A DNA stretch of 64,000 nucleotides from Shigella phage vB_SboS_Gloob. A program made the position numbers and the translations under genes. Location of the stretch: the sequence record OL615011; one strand, written 5' to 3'. This document shows, one piece after another, positions 8,552-17,624 of this stretch. A model generated the notes under the pieces. That model was given only the letters and a program-made list of their open reading frames with translations, was not told where the DNA came from and did not search any database. Position 1 is the stretch's first letter; each line of letters begins with the position of its first letter.

Positions 8552-10465
8552 ATGTCTGATAAAATTGATATTGAACGCAAGTACAAGAAGCTCACGCACG
8601 TCGAGCATATCCTCCTTCGCCCAGAGCGTCATCTGGGCAGCATCCGTTCGTCTGTTGGTACGGTGTGGGTGTACGACCCAACCAAAGACCAAGTCATTTT
8701 CCGTGACAACTTTGAGTACTCCCCCGCCCTGATCAAACAGTTTGATGAAATCATCACCAACTGTGTTGACCACAGCAAGACGCCTGAGGGTAAATCCCTG
8801 ACGGAAATCACTGTCACGGTTTCCCCGATGAACGGTCAAATCATCGTTGCCGACAACGGGGGTATCCCTGTTGTGAAGCACGGTGTTACCAACGAGTGGT
8901 TGCCTGAGATGCTCTTCGGCTCCCTGTATGCAGGCAGCAACTTCAACGACGAAGACGAAGAGTACAACAACCAGAAGTCTGGTGGGCAGAATGGCGAAGG
9001 GGCTTCGCTCGTCAACGTGTTCTCAAAGTGGTTCCGTGTTGCTACCAGTGATGGCAAGAAGTCTTATGCCCAGCTGTTTGAAGACAACATGAGCAAGAAG
9101 TCTAATCCGGTCATCAGCAATACGCCGAAAGAGTTCGGCACCACCATCGCCTGGATTCCTGACTATGCTCGCCTGGGTGTCAAAGGGCTTGACCAGAACA
9201 ACCTGCTGATGATCTATCGCCGCGCGTTTGAAGTGGCTGCGTGTAACCCGCGCCTGAAGGTTGTGCTGAACGGGAAGCAAATCCGGATTGACCGCTTTGG
9301 TCACTTCGTTGATTACTTCCATGCTGGTTCCGCTGTTGATGAATCTGGTGAATGGTCGGTTGCTGTAGCCCCTTCATCCGGTACGTTCATGCACGCATCA
9401 TACGTGAACTCTATTGCCACCCACATCGGTGGTCCTCACGTTGATTATGTCGCCGACCAGATCGTGGCTGCGATTCGTCCTCAGCTGGTGAAGAAGTTCA
9501 AGACCGAGCTGAAACCTGCCATGATCAAGAACCACATGTCCTTGTTCATCGCCGCCGACATCAACAACCCGCGCTTTGACAGCCAGACCAAGGAGCGCAT
9601 GACCACTCCTGTAAGCCAGTTCGGTACGTCGTACAAACCGAGTGACAAACTCATCCGCAAGGCGCTTGAGTTCGTTATGGCTGGTCTGAGCAAAGAACTG
9701 GCTTCCCTGCGCAATGAGCAGGATGATGCTGAGTTTGAAAAGGCCAAGAAGGATATCAGCAAGCGGGATTATCGTGAGATTGAGAAGTATTACCCGGCGA
9801 CCGCCCGTGGTGACCGCAGCGGTTGCTCCCTGTTGCTGACAGAGGGTGATAGCGCCTCCAATCCTATCCTGAACGCCCGTGACACCAAAAAGATCGGATT
9901 GTTCCCGCTTCGTGGTAAGTTCATCAACTGCCTGAACGCCCCGCGCACAAAGGTGATGAACAATGAAGAGTTCAAGAACCTGTGTACGATTCACGGCGGC
10001 GCAGTGCCCGGTCAGCCACTTGACATCAGCCGCTACCCACAGACTGTTGTGGCTACCGATGCGGACGATGACGGCATTCACATCCGTGGGTTGTTGATCA
10101 CCCTGTATTGCACCTACTGGCCGGAGTACGTCCGTCAGGGCAGGCTGAAGCTCCTGCGCACCCCTTACATGCGTGTATGGTGTGGTAAGGTGATGCATGA
10201 GTTCATGAACAACGCCGAGTATGAGGAGTTCCTGAAGACGCCTGATGCCAAGAAGATCACGAAGAAGAAATATCTGAAAGGTCTTGGCGGTAACAGCACT
10301 GAAGACTTCAAACGTATTCTAAACAACCTGGATGCGTATACTACGACGGTCACGCTGGACGATGGCTACCAACAGTCACTGAAGAATGGCTTCGGTGATG
10401 AGGCCGCCGATTACCGCAAAACCTGGTTTAGCGATGTTTGCCTGTTTGAAACTGAGGATGAATAA
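8552..10465 (+). CDS. type II DNA topoisomerase large subunit (GyrB-like; ATPase plus TOPRIM fused, T4 gp39+gp60 equivalent)
   Basis: GHKL ATPase motifs (ITNCVDHS, DNGGIPV) and TOPRIM motif (LLLTEGDSA, DADDDGIHI) in one 637-aa ORF. Confidence 0.85.
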   Translation: MSDKIDIERKYKKLTHVEHILLRPERHLGSIRSSVGTVWVYDPTKDQVIFRDNFEYSPALIKQFDEIITNCVDHSKTPEGKSLTEITVTVSPMNGQIIVADNGGIPVVKHGVTNEWLPEMLFGSLYAGSNFNDEDEEYNNQKSGGQNGEGASLVNVFSKWFRVATSDGKKSYAQLFEDNMSKKSNPVISNTPKEFGTTIAWIPDYARLGVKGLDQNNLLMIYRRAFEVAACNPRLKVVLNGKQIRIDRFGHFVDYFHAGSAVDESGEWSVAVAPSSGTFMHASYVNSIATHIGGPHVDYVADQIVAAIRPQLVKKFKTELKPAMIKNHMSLFIAADINNPRFDSQTKERMTTPVSQFGTSYKPSDKLIRKALEFVMAGLSKELASLRNEQDDAEFEKAKKDISKRDYREIEKYYPATARGDRSGCSLLLTEGDSASNPILNARDTKKIGLFPLRGKFINCLNAPRTKVMNNEEFKNLCTIHGGAVPGQPLDISRYPQTVVATDADDDGIHIRGLLITLYCTYWPEYVRQGRLKLLRTPYMRVWCGKVMHEFMNNAEYEEFLKTPDAKKITKKKYLKGLGGNSTEDFKRILNNLDAYTTTVTLDDGYQQSLKNGFGDEAADYRKTWFSDVCLFETEDE

Positions 10466-10466
10466 G

Positions 10467-10913
10467 ATGGAATACCCGCTAACTCATCAAATGCAGCCAA
10501 CAAAAGACACGTGCATGTCAACGTGTCTGGCGATGTTGCTTGGTCGCCCGGTTGCTGAGGTTGCTGAAACATGGCATGAAAGTTTCGCAAATTGGGAAAC
10601 CACGATTGGTGACGTTCTTTGTATGGAAGGGGTTCCGTTCTTGTGTGGGAAGGGAGTCAACCAAACTGTCACCATCTATCATGATTATGTCTACCTTCTT
10701 TGCGTGCCAAGTCCAGCAACGCCAGGGATATTGCATCAGATCATTATGGATACCCGAGGCGACAAAGTTGTCATACATGACCCACTGAAGGGTACTGGCA
10801 AAAGATATTACACCCTAGATGAAGACGACAAATCTCCTCTGGCGGTAAAACTTGAAACTTGGATTGTAGACTACATTGTCGACCCGTATGAAGTGGGAGG
10901 TTATCGTGGGTAA
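10467..10913 (+). CDS. C39-like papain-fold cysteine peptidase domain protein (putative)
   Basis: HQMQPTKDTCMSTCLAMLLG resembles the Q...DCGxACLAM active-site region of C39 peptidases; later His residues (YHDYV, VVIHD); GAGGA RBS. Confidence 0.5.
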   Translation: MEYPLTHQMQPTKDTCMSTCLAMLLGRPVAEVAETWHESFANWETTIGDVLCMEGVPFLCGKGVNQTVTIYHDYVYLLCVPSPATPGILHQIIMDTRGDKVVIHDPLKGTGKRYYTLDEDDKSPLAVKLETWIVDYIVDPYEVGGYRG

Positions 10914-10914
10914 G

Positions 10915-12246
10915 ATGGTTGCCAAGAGCATTACTGTAACGGACTTTGTCAACACTGACCATAAGCAGTTTTCTGTGGTCAACAGCATCCGTCAAATCCC
11001 TCAGCTGATTGACAGCCTCAAGCCGAGCCAGCGCAAGATCCTTTTCGCTGCTCTTGAGTACAACAAGGAGGAGATCGTTGACCGCCTTGGTATGTTCGCC
11101 GCCGCCCGGACCAACTACAAGTCTGGTGGTGAGAACATGAGCGGCACTATCGTGAACATGGCTCAGGGGTTCCCAGGCACGAACAACATCCCGTACTTTG
11201 ACCGCGACGGCCAGTTTGGTTCTATCATGGGGCGCGACGCGTCGTCGGCACGTTACATTTCGGTGGCTGTATCTGATGTTATCCGCAAGATCTTCCGCAA
11301 GGAGGATGAGGGCATTTTAGAATACAATTACCTTGGTGAAGAAAGACTGGAGCCGAAGTTCTTCCTGCCCATCCTACCCATGTTCCTGGTGAATGGGATC
11401 AATGGTATCGGCACCGGATATTCCACCGACACCCCGTGTCATTGCGTTAAGTCCGTGCTCAGTGCCCTGAGAGCGCTTCTCCGTGGCGAAGACCCGAAAG
11501 ACTTAAAACCGTACTGGAACGGCTACAAAGGGGAGACAGGCTATACTGAGGAAGGAAGAGCATACAGTCGCGGCATCTTCCGTCGCGTCAATGCCACCAC
11601 CCTGCATATCACCGAAGTCCCAGTGGGTTGGTTCGCCAAGACCTATGAGACCAAGGTGTTGCTGCCTCTGTACAAGGCTGGTATCCTGACCGAGTACGCC
11701 AACGACACGACCGAAGATGGCTGGGATATCACGGTTGTATTCAAGCGGGGTGAACTCTCTAAGCTGAGTGATGAACAGGTTGAGCAGATGTTCAAGTTGT
11801 ACTCTGCTAACAAGCCTGTTTGGACAGCATGGGATGAAGACGGGGTAATCCATCGTTATGCGGGCTGGCAGGATATGTTGCTGCCGTTCTTCAATTATCG
11901 CCTGTCACGGTATGAAGACCGTCGCCAGTATCTGTTGAAGGACATGGCAGACAGGATCCGCAAGCTGGGTGACCGGGCGGTGTTCATTGAATGGGCGACG
12001 CGTGTTGATCTCCGCCAAAAGATTGACGTGCTGAAGTCTCTGTTCATGCAGGACTATCCGGACTTTGGCGGTGATCTTGACGAGTTGTTCAAGATGCCGC
12101 TGTCGTCTATTACTCTGGACGCCCGTGAGCGCCTACTCAAGCAGATTGAGAACCTTGAAGCACAACACAAGGAATTAAGTAAGAAAGAGGACATCGATCT
12201 TTACACTGAAGACCTTGATGACCTTGAAAAGGCTCTTGGCCTATAA
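10915..12246 (+). CDS. type II DNA topoisomerase medium subunit (GyrA-like, T4 gp52-like)
   Basis: N-terminal region (LKPSQRKILFAALEY...ARYISVAVS...LPMFLVNGINGIGTGYSTD) resembles T4 gp52; start taken as ATG after upstream stop. Confidence 0.8.
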   Translation: MVAKSITVTDFVNTDHKQFSVVNSIRQIPQLIDSLKPSQRKILFAALEYNKEEIVDRLGMFAAARTNYKSGGENMSGTIVNMAQGFPGTNNIPYFDRDGQFGSIMGRDASSARYISVAVSDVIRKIFRKEDEGILEYNYLGEERLEPKFFLPILPMFLVNGINGIGTGYSTDTPCHCVKSVLSALRALLRGEDPKDLKPYWNGYKGETGYTEEGRAYSRGIFRRVNATTLHITEVPVGWFAKTYETKVLLPLYKAGILTEYANDTTEDGWDITVVFKRGELSKLSDEQVEQMFKLYSANKPVWTAWDEDGVIHRYAGWQDMLLPFFNYRLSRYEDRRQYLLKDMADRIRKLGDRAVFIEWATRVDLRQKIDVLKSLFMQDYPDFGGDLDELFKMPLSSITLDARERLLKQIENLEAQHKELSKKEDIDLYTEDLDDLEKALGL

Positions 12247-12250
12247 CATC

Positions 12251-12268
12251 GGAGGGGTTCGCCCCTCC
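12251..12268 (+). terminator. GC-rich hairpin (possible terminator, no T-run)
   Basis: ggaggggttcgcccctcc with ttcg loop immediately after topoisomerase stop. Confidence 0.4.
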
Positions 12269-12288
12269 TCACCTGCGAGGGTTGTGCT

Positions 12289-12576
12289 ATGTTCTATCTC
12301 CGTTCTGCGGCACCTGTGGTATTCATCATTTTCCTATTTGATTTCCTGGTTCCTCGCTTTATCAAAGAAGAGGTGGCGTTTGGTCTCTATGGTGAGACGG
12401 AAGACCCAGAGGTCGATGAATATTACCCAATGTGCGCCCTGAAAGATATCGAGGAGGGGGAAGATGTTGCAATGGTCGGCACCATGCGTTCTTTCAACCT
12501 GTTTGGGCTTGCACTCTTTCCGAAACTGGTTGGTGAATTGCGCCCCTACGATCCTGATGCTACTGTAGAGGGTTGA
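12289..12576 (+). CDS. hypothetical protein
   Basis: 95-aa ORF, hydrophobic N-terminus. Confidence 0.45.
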   Translation: MFYLRSAAPVVFIIFLFDFLVPRFIKEEVAFGLYGETEDPEVDEYYPMCALKDIEEGEDVAMVGTMRSFNLFGLALFPKLVGELRPYDPDATVEG

Positions 12577-12578
12577 CC

Positions 12579-12890
12579 ATGTCACAGCTTCTGAGTCCTA
12601 AACTTCTGTCTATGGGTGATTCCCTGTATTTTCACTGCCCTGGATGTGGTATGCTTCACCCATATCGCGTAAAGGGTGATGCCCAAGGTCCGATGTGGTC
12701 GTGGAACAACAATGTTGTTGAGCCTACGTTCACGCCGAGCCTGCTGGTGAATGCATCTGATCCAGCATCACGTTGCCATCTGTTCCTGACCGACGGCAAA
12801 ATACAATTCCTCGGCGACTGTTTCCATGATCTGAAGAACCAGACAGTGGATATGGTCGACATCCCTGAACCTGAAATTTGGATTGAATAG
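12579..12890 (+). CDS. hypothetical zinc-binding protein
   Basis: GAGGG RBS; HCPGCG ... C ... CFHD cysteine/histidine pattern. Confidence 0.5.
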   Translation: MSQLLSPKLLSMGDSLYFHCPGCGMLHPYRVKGDAQGPMWSWNNNVVEPTFTPSLLVNASDPASRCHLFLTDGKIQFLGDCFHDLKNQTVDMVDIPEPEIWIE

Positions 12891-12893
12891 ATT

Positions 12894-13304
12894 ATGAAAT
12901 TACTCGGTTATTTTCGCGAACTCCCAACGGGCACTGAAGGCAAGTTGTTCTCACAGGTGAAAGGGAATGACATCGGTGATACGATGGTTCCTCTGTACAC
13001 CCGTGACCTTCCTGCCGAAGGTGCCTGGGAGCGCCGTGTGGTCGCTGCCGCCAACAAATATGGTGATGTGATTGTCGTTGCCGACCGTCACCATAGCAAA
13101 TTCATGAACAGTCAGCTCAAGATCCTGAAAGAGGCTGGTGTGATTAAATCCACCCATACCCGTGAACAGGGCTTTATCGACAATCAGGGCAACTTCCTCA
13201 CTCGTGAAGAGGCTTGCGTCGTAGCCCGTGAAGCCGGACAAATCAATCAAGTGCGCCTGAAGACAACCCCATTCCGTGAACTCTTTTCCGAAGACCTCTA
13301 TTGA
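12894..13304 (+). CDS. hypothetical protein
   Basis: 136-aa ORF starting 4 nt after upstream stop. Confidence 0.55.
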   Translation: MKLLGYFRELPTGTEGKLFSQVKGNDIGDTMVPLYTRDLPAEGAWERRVVAAANKYGDVIVVADRHHSKFMNSQLKILKEAGVIKSTHTREQGFIDNQGNFLTREEACVVAREAGQINQVRLKTTPFRELFSEDLY

Positions 13305-13309
13305 AGAAA

Positions 13310-13331
13310 AAGGCGGTATTATTACCGCCTT
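13310..13331. terminator. hairpin, possible terminator
   Basis: aaggcggtattattaccgcctt inverted repeat. Confidence 0.45.
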
Positions 13332-13354
13332 GACCCCTTGTTTGGTAAGACAAA

Positions 13355-13597
13355 ATGAACCCAGAATTTGAAAACCTGTTTGAGCGTTGCTTCGAGCCTG
13401 CGTCTGTTGCGGGTTACATGGACCGCCTCAGTAAAGAGATCATTGTCCGTCTGGCGGCGAAGGGTATCCATGTTGGTACGCTCGTGCGCAACGGTGACAA
13501 CTTCATCATACAGATGTCCGACTGTCGTCATCGTTCTGGCATCTTCTACGTTAAATGCATTGACAACAGCATTATTGAATGGAGACAGTACGCATGA
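13355..13597 (+). CDS. hypothetical protein
   Basis: 80-aa ORF; stop overlaps next start (ATGA). Confidence 0.5.
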   Translation: MNPEFENLFERCFEPASVAGYMDRLSKEIIVRLAAKGIHVGTLVRNGDNFIIQMSDCRHRSGIFYVKCIDNSIIEWRQYA

Positions 13598-14193
13598 CCA
13601 CATATGTAATCAACGGCGGTGATTTACTGAAAGCCGCCTGTAGTTTCAACCTGATCGACATCTTCGCCCATGGTGCCAACTGCTGGTCTACCATGGGTGC
13701 GGGTATTGCTCTGCATATCGGCAACATCTTCCCCGCCCTGCGTGAAGCCGATGCGAACGACCCTCGTGGTCCAGAGCAACGCCTGGGTGGCATGTCCTAT
13801 GCATTTGACCACAGCAAGGGCGTTTGGGGTGCGAACCTCTACACTCAGTTTTATCCAGGTCCGAATGCCCGCATGCCGTCTGTCATCAGTTCTGTTCAGA
13901 CCCTGTTTGAGCAGGTTCACGAAATTGTGGAAGCAACTAAAGACGAAACTGTCTATGTCGGCCTGCCTGCTATCGGCTGTGGTATTGGTGGTCTGAACCT
14001 CTACAGCGTAGTGCGCCATATTAACCGGATCGCTGAAAGCGTGTATGAAGAGACCCGCCGTCGTGTCGTCCCAGTCTTCTATATCAGGGAAGGAGACGGA
14101 TTCGATGATGACATGATGGAACTTTCTCATCTGGACGCAGAAGGTATCATGATTGTCAAAGATGAGCAAGAAATCATCGACGAGGAGGCGTGA
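13594..14193 (+). CDS. macro domain protein (ADP-ribose binding/hydrolase fold)
   Basis: INGGDLLKA...DIFAHGANCWSTMGAGIALHI matches macro-domain N-terminal signature; later GIGG motif. Confidence 0.65.
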   Translation: MTTYVINGGDLLKAACSFNLIDIFAHGANCWSTMGAGIALHIGNIFPALREADANDPRGPEQRLGGMSYAFDHSKGVWGANLYTQFYPGPNARMPSVISSVQTLFEQVHEIVEATKDETVYVGLPAIGCGIGGLNLYSVVRHINRIAESVYEETRRRVVPVFYIREGDGFDDDMMELSHLDAEGIMIVKDEQEIIDEEA

Positions 14194-14825
14194 TGTACAA
14201 GTCTAATTTCTTGGCTGTGGCTGATAGCGAGACTCTGGGGCGCTGGGATGATGCTGTGATGTTATCCTGGGCACAGACTATCGCTGATCTGACAAAGCGT
14301 TATACTCTTCAGCAGCTGGTTGAGGAGCGCACGACGTTCATCAAGCTGAATGTCAAAGAGCAGATCGAACTCGGTCGCGTGAAGGACCAGGGGACGGTAG
14401 AATGGTGGTTGGGGACGGGTAAACGTAACCCGTGTGATGCGGCTCGCGCCGTCAGTCTGTACCCGACTGAGCAGGACATCTCTATCTTCCAATTGGCAGA
14501 CGAAATCCGCAAGGGTTGTCATCGTCTTGGGGTAGACCCGCGCTCGGTTGACTGGTGTGACCGTAACTTGTTCGATCTGCGCAAGGCTCAGCACACCATT
14601 GAGGTGACGTGTAAGCAGGACTCCAACGAGCCATGGGATTACCACCACACCTTCGACATCGTGAGCTGGCTGAAGGGTGTCGGGCAACAGGATCGCTACG
14701 CTGGCATCAAGGCGTGGGAACTGGAAGGCATGGTCTATCATGATCCTCGTTATGACGCCGCGCTTGATTGGCTTCGCATTCAAAAGACTATGGAAGACCT
14801 GATGGGTCTGGAGGTGGTAGGATGA
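14190..14825 (+). CDS. dexA: DexA-like 3'-5' exonuclease (DEDD family)
   Basis: Exo I motif AVADSETLG; TVEWWLG and C-terminal region resemble T4 exonuclease A as recalled. Confidence 0.7.
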   Translation: MMYKSNFLAVADSETLGRWDDAVMLSWAQTIADLTKRYTLQQLVEERTTFIKLNVKEQIELGRVKDQGTVEWWLGTGKRNPCDAARAVSLYPTEQDISIFQLADEIRKGCHRLGVDPRSVDWCDRNLFDLRKAQHTIEVTCKQDSNEPWDYHHTFDIVSWLKGVGQQDRYAGIKAWELEGMVYHDPRYDAALDWLRIQKTMEDLMGLEVVG

Positions 14826-15127
14826 GCGCATTCTTCGAATTCGTCGGCGTCATAACAGTGACAGTATTCCTCGTGGTGACGTTGGGAGTTCTGTACTCCC
14901 TGTTTGTTCATCCAGCGTTCCAGGCCATCAGTATCATGCGCTGGATAACAGCTTGCTCCTTGTCGGTGGGTAACAAGCCGCCGACTCTGAAAGAGAGATG
15001 GAGTTTCTTCAAATGGGGATATGAAATCGGTGGTCCCAGAACAACCCGCTACTCTAACAACACCGGAGAATGGTGTGGGATAGGCCGATGGCAAGTATTC
15101 AAATCTGAAGAAGATGAAGCCCCGTGA
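14822..15127 (+). CDS. small membrane protein
   Basis: GGAGG RBS; TM helix VGVITVTVFLVVTLGVLYSLFV. Confidence 0.5.
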   Translation: MSAFFEFVGVITVTVFLVVTLGVLYSLFVHPAFQAISIMRWITACSLSVGNKPPTLKERWSFFKWGYEIGGPRTTRYSNNTGEWCGIGRWQVFKSEEDEAP

Positions 15128-15140
15128 GGGGCTTTTCTAT
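15118..15140 (+). terminator. rho-independent terminator
   Basis: gcccc-gtga-ggggc hairpin then TTTTCT; stop codon lies in the loop. Confidence 0.55.
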
Positions 15141-15169
15141 ATCCGGGATAGAGTATCATTGTTTCACCA

Positions 15170-15403
15170 ATGAATCCTCGGGAAACTGCTATGACTACAG
15201 CAAGAAGTTACAGAAAGAACTTCAACATCGAAGGGATTGAGTTCTACCACCATTACGCCCAGGACACCCATGGCACTGTATGCAACACATACATGCTTGA
15301 CGGTCGCCCTGTAGGTTCCGATGAGTTCTATCGTGTTTTGCGCGAGTCTACAGAAGAATCCCTGTCTTACATTATCAATGCCAACGGATTGATTAAACCA
15401 TGA
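15170..15403 (+). CDS. hypothetical protein
   Basis: 77-aa ORF; start uncertain. Confidence 0.4.
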   Translation: MNPRETAMTTARSYRKNFNIEGIEFYHHYAQDTHGTVCNTYMLDGRPVGSDEFYRVLRESTEESLSYIINANGLIKP

Positions 15404-16086
15404 TCAACGTATCAATAAACGACCGAGATTTCGTCCACGCTGTTATGACAAACAACAAAGACCCTCTTGCGTACAACGGGGAGAAGGTTACTCTGTTCTG
15501 GTCAGGCGGCGTGGACAGCACGTACATGCTATTCTGGCTGTTGGCTCACGGGTACGAAGTTCACACGATCTACTGCGAACTGGAGAACAACTCCTTCAAG
15601 GTGAAGCGTGAGAACTGGTCGCGCAAGAAGATCAGGGAATGGGTGACCACAAATTCGCCGAGGTTGAACACTCATTGGCATCACAGAGAAACCCCGATCA
15701 GCAAAATGAGCATCCAGTCTGGTGAGTTCCGGCCTTGTCTGGCTCAAGCCCCTGTGTGGTTGGTGAACACCCAATTCGCGGGTGGCCATTTTGATCGAGG
15801 ACTGCCAAGAACTTATGTGATGGCATACGTCAACGGAGACGACGCTCTACACTGGATCCCTGCCTTCAACAAGATCGTGGAGGGTTATAACATGTTGGCC
15901 AAAGACGGGCATGAGATCACCGTTCTCTTCCCTCTCGCCAGCATGAAGAAGACATGGTTCTACGAAGCCTTGTCGCCAATCTACGGGCTGATGACCTGGT
16001 GTGAATATCTCGTTCTGAAAAAGAACTGTGAATGCCCCGCTTGTGTCCGCCACCGTCATGAACTTTCCGTGTTTGAGGGGAAATAA
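15400..16086 (+). CDS. QueC-like PP-loop ATPase (7-cyano-7-deazaguanine synthase family)
   Basis: PP-loop SGGVDS with flanking LFWSGGVDSTYML...GYEVHTIY; C-terminal C-x8-C-x-C-x2-C-x-R cluster like the QueC zinc site. Confidence 0.65.
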   Translation: MINVSINDRDFVHAVMTNNKDPLAYNGEKVTLFWSGGVDSTYMLFWLLAHGYEVHTIYCELENNSFKVKRENWSRKKIREWVTTNSPRLNTHWHHRETPISKMSIQSGEFRPCLAQAPVWLVNTQFAGGHFDRGLPRTYVMAYVNGDDALHWIPAFNKIVEGYNMLAKDGHEITVLFPLASMKKTWFYEALSPIYGLMTWCEYLVLKKNCECPACVRHRHELSVFEGK

Positions 16087-16427
16087 TGAAACCGTCTGTT
16101 GTGGTGAACGACATCACTATGTTGATAAACCTCGTCAAGGATGTGTTTCCACAACAGGTGGATGTCGAGTATGTTGGGAAGAACGGGAAGTGCTATCAGG
16201 TTGCTCTGTTGTTGAAGCACGTGTACCCTCAAGCAGAGATCCATTACAGTCAGATTGAAGGTCATGTGTACACTCTGATTGATGGGAACTATTACGACAT
16301 CGACGGCATCCAATTCAGTGTCCCACCGGACACGTGTTTGCTCGAACACAATAGAGGCCACAAACCACATCGCTGGCATAAAGGATTTGTGAACGTACCG
16401 ATTTTAGAATGGTTGAGGAGACCATAA
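16086..16427 (+). CDS. hypothetical protein
   Basis: GAGGGG RBS; TAATG overlap with upstream stop. Confidence 0.55.
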   Translation: MKPSVVVNDITMLINLVKDVFPQQVDVEYVGKNGKCYQVALLLKHVYPQAEIHYSQIEGHVYTLIDGNYYDIDGIQFSVPPDTCLLEHNRGHKPHRWHKGFVNVPILEWLRRP

Positions 16428-17083
16428 TGGCAGGAATTGTGAAGTATCTGGGAGACACCCACCTTGGGCACAAGAAGATCTTCAAGCCCCGTGGGTTCGA
16501 CACACAGGAAGCCCACGACGCTGCGGTCATTGACAGTATCTTCCAGGGACTGAAGTCCCGAGACGTCCTTGAACTGGCAGGAGACATCTGCTTCATCGGG
16601 GCTGAGGGGTTCATTCGCCTGATGCGCGAGGGTGCCAAGCGGAACATTGATGAGTTCAAGCGCCGCCCGGTTCCCGATGATTGGCGTCCGAACTTTATCA
16701 TCAGGGTGGCGCAAGGCAACCATGACAGCTTCAAGATGCTGATGGCTCTGTATATCGACGGCTGGATTAGTTCCTTCGGTGCCATGTATGAGCGTGACAC
16801 TCCGGTCGGTCGTGTGTTGACCACTCACGTTCCTTATCAATTAGACCGCTGGGCGTATAATATCCATGGTCATCTTCACGGTGAAATGCGTGAAGAACGT
16901 GAATACCTGAACTGCAGCTGGGAACAATTCAAGCGCCCTGTGACATTGGCCGAGCTGCTCTATACCAATCTGGGGATTGAAATTTTCCTGGTCAGAAAGT
17001 GCCTTCTGAAGTGGAGAAGGTGGAGTTCACGGGTTATCGGGGAGGAGATCCCAACTTGCGTTTCTCCTCTCCTTGTATCGTGA
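16427..17083 (+). CDS. calcineurin-like metallophosphoesterase (putative)
   Basis: GDTHLGH and GNHD metal-binding motifs. Confidence 0.6.
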   Translation: MAGIVKYLGDTHLGHKKIFKPRGFDTQEAHDAAVIDSIFQGLKSRDVLELAGDICFIGAEGFIRLMREGAKRNIDEFKRRPVPDDWRPNFIIRVAQGNHDSFKMLMALYIDGWISSFGAMYERDTPVGRVLTTHVPYQLDRWAYNIHGHLHGEMREEREYLNCSWEQFKRPVTLAELLYTNLGIEIFLVRKCLLKWRRWSSRVIGEEIPTCVSPLLVS

Positions 17084-17285
17084 AAAGAACAGAAACGGGC
17101 TATTACGTCAGACCAATCGTATTGATGGGCAGCGTGATGACATTAAGAGCAACCGCCGACCATGTTTCTATACAAGGCAGCCCAGAGATTACATGTGGGA
17201 TAACCCACATGAACTGCAAGCCGATTATCCCGACATGGTTGATTATTGGTGTGCTTTCTGTTTTGGCTCTGAAAGGGGTATTGTT

Positions 17286-17624
17286 ATGAAAAAGCCGCGC
17301 ATCACAGGACACCAACTCTCGGTTCTCTACGGGATAGAGAACTTTGAGAAAGGTCATCGCCGTTATGGTGAACGGTACTTGCATCCCAAATCCTGGGCCA
17401 ATGACAAGGGCAACACCGTCTGGACGTTCCAGGTATGCCCGAACGCTGGTGGTTTCACCTCCGTCAAAGGCGATCCATGGGACACCCGCACAGGGGCTTC
17501 CCTGCTCGCCAAGGGGTTGATCGAACCAGCTGGCTCAATGGTTCATGACGGTTCGTACGTGAACTGGCCGAACACTGAGGTGACGTTCTACCGCCTGACT
17601 GAACTCGGTAAGTCTTATCTCTGA
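17286..17624 (+). CDS. hypothetical protein
   Basis: internal ATG (MKKPRITG) of 183-aa track ORF with AGGGG RBS; hairpin plus T-rich run downstream. Confidence 0.5.
   Translation: MKKPRITGHQLSVLYGIENFEKGHRRYGERYLHPKSWANDKGNTVWTFQVCPNAGGFTSVKGDPWDTRTGASLLAKGLIEPAGSMVHDGSYVNWPNTEVTFYRLTELGKSYL

Noticed and set aside
9398-10198. 266-aa minus-strand ORF inside the topoisomerase large subunit gene
   Set aside because: Lies antisense within a well-supported gene; composition typical of a shadow ORF. The same applies to other long antisense ORFs in the track, for example 106-543, 5521-6273, 19990-20637, 23481-24047, 33936-34610, 38652-39329, 42470-43111, 51021-51884, 53573-54256 and 62612-63352.
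12894-13304. Possible divergent capsid targeting sequence (MKLLGYFRE resembles MKPFLQYFKE of the 61436 gene)
   Set aside because: Similarity is limited to a few residues and could be chance; not grouped with the CTS family.
14768-14825. Long N-terminal extension of the 14822 membrane-protein gene (track ORF starting at 14768)
   Set aside because: Extension overlaps the DexA-like gene in another frame; the ATG at 14822 has a GGAGG RBS and is the more plausible start.
15400-16086. Complete 7-deazaguanine DNA modification pathway
   Set aside because: Only the QueC-like gene is present in this window; no FolE, QueD, QueE or DpdA homolog recognised, so a full pathway cannot be claimed from this sequence.
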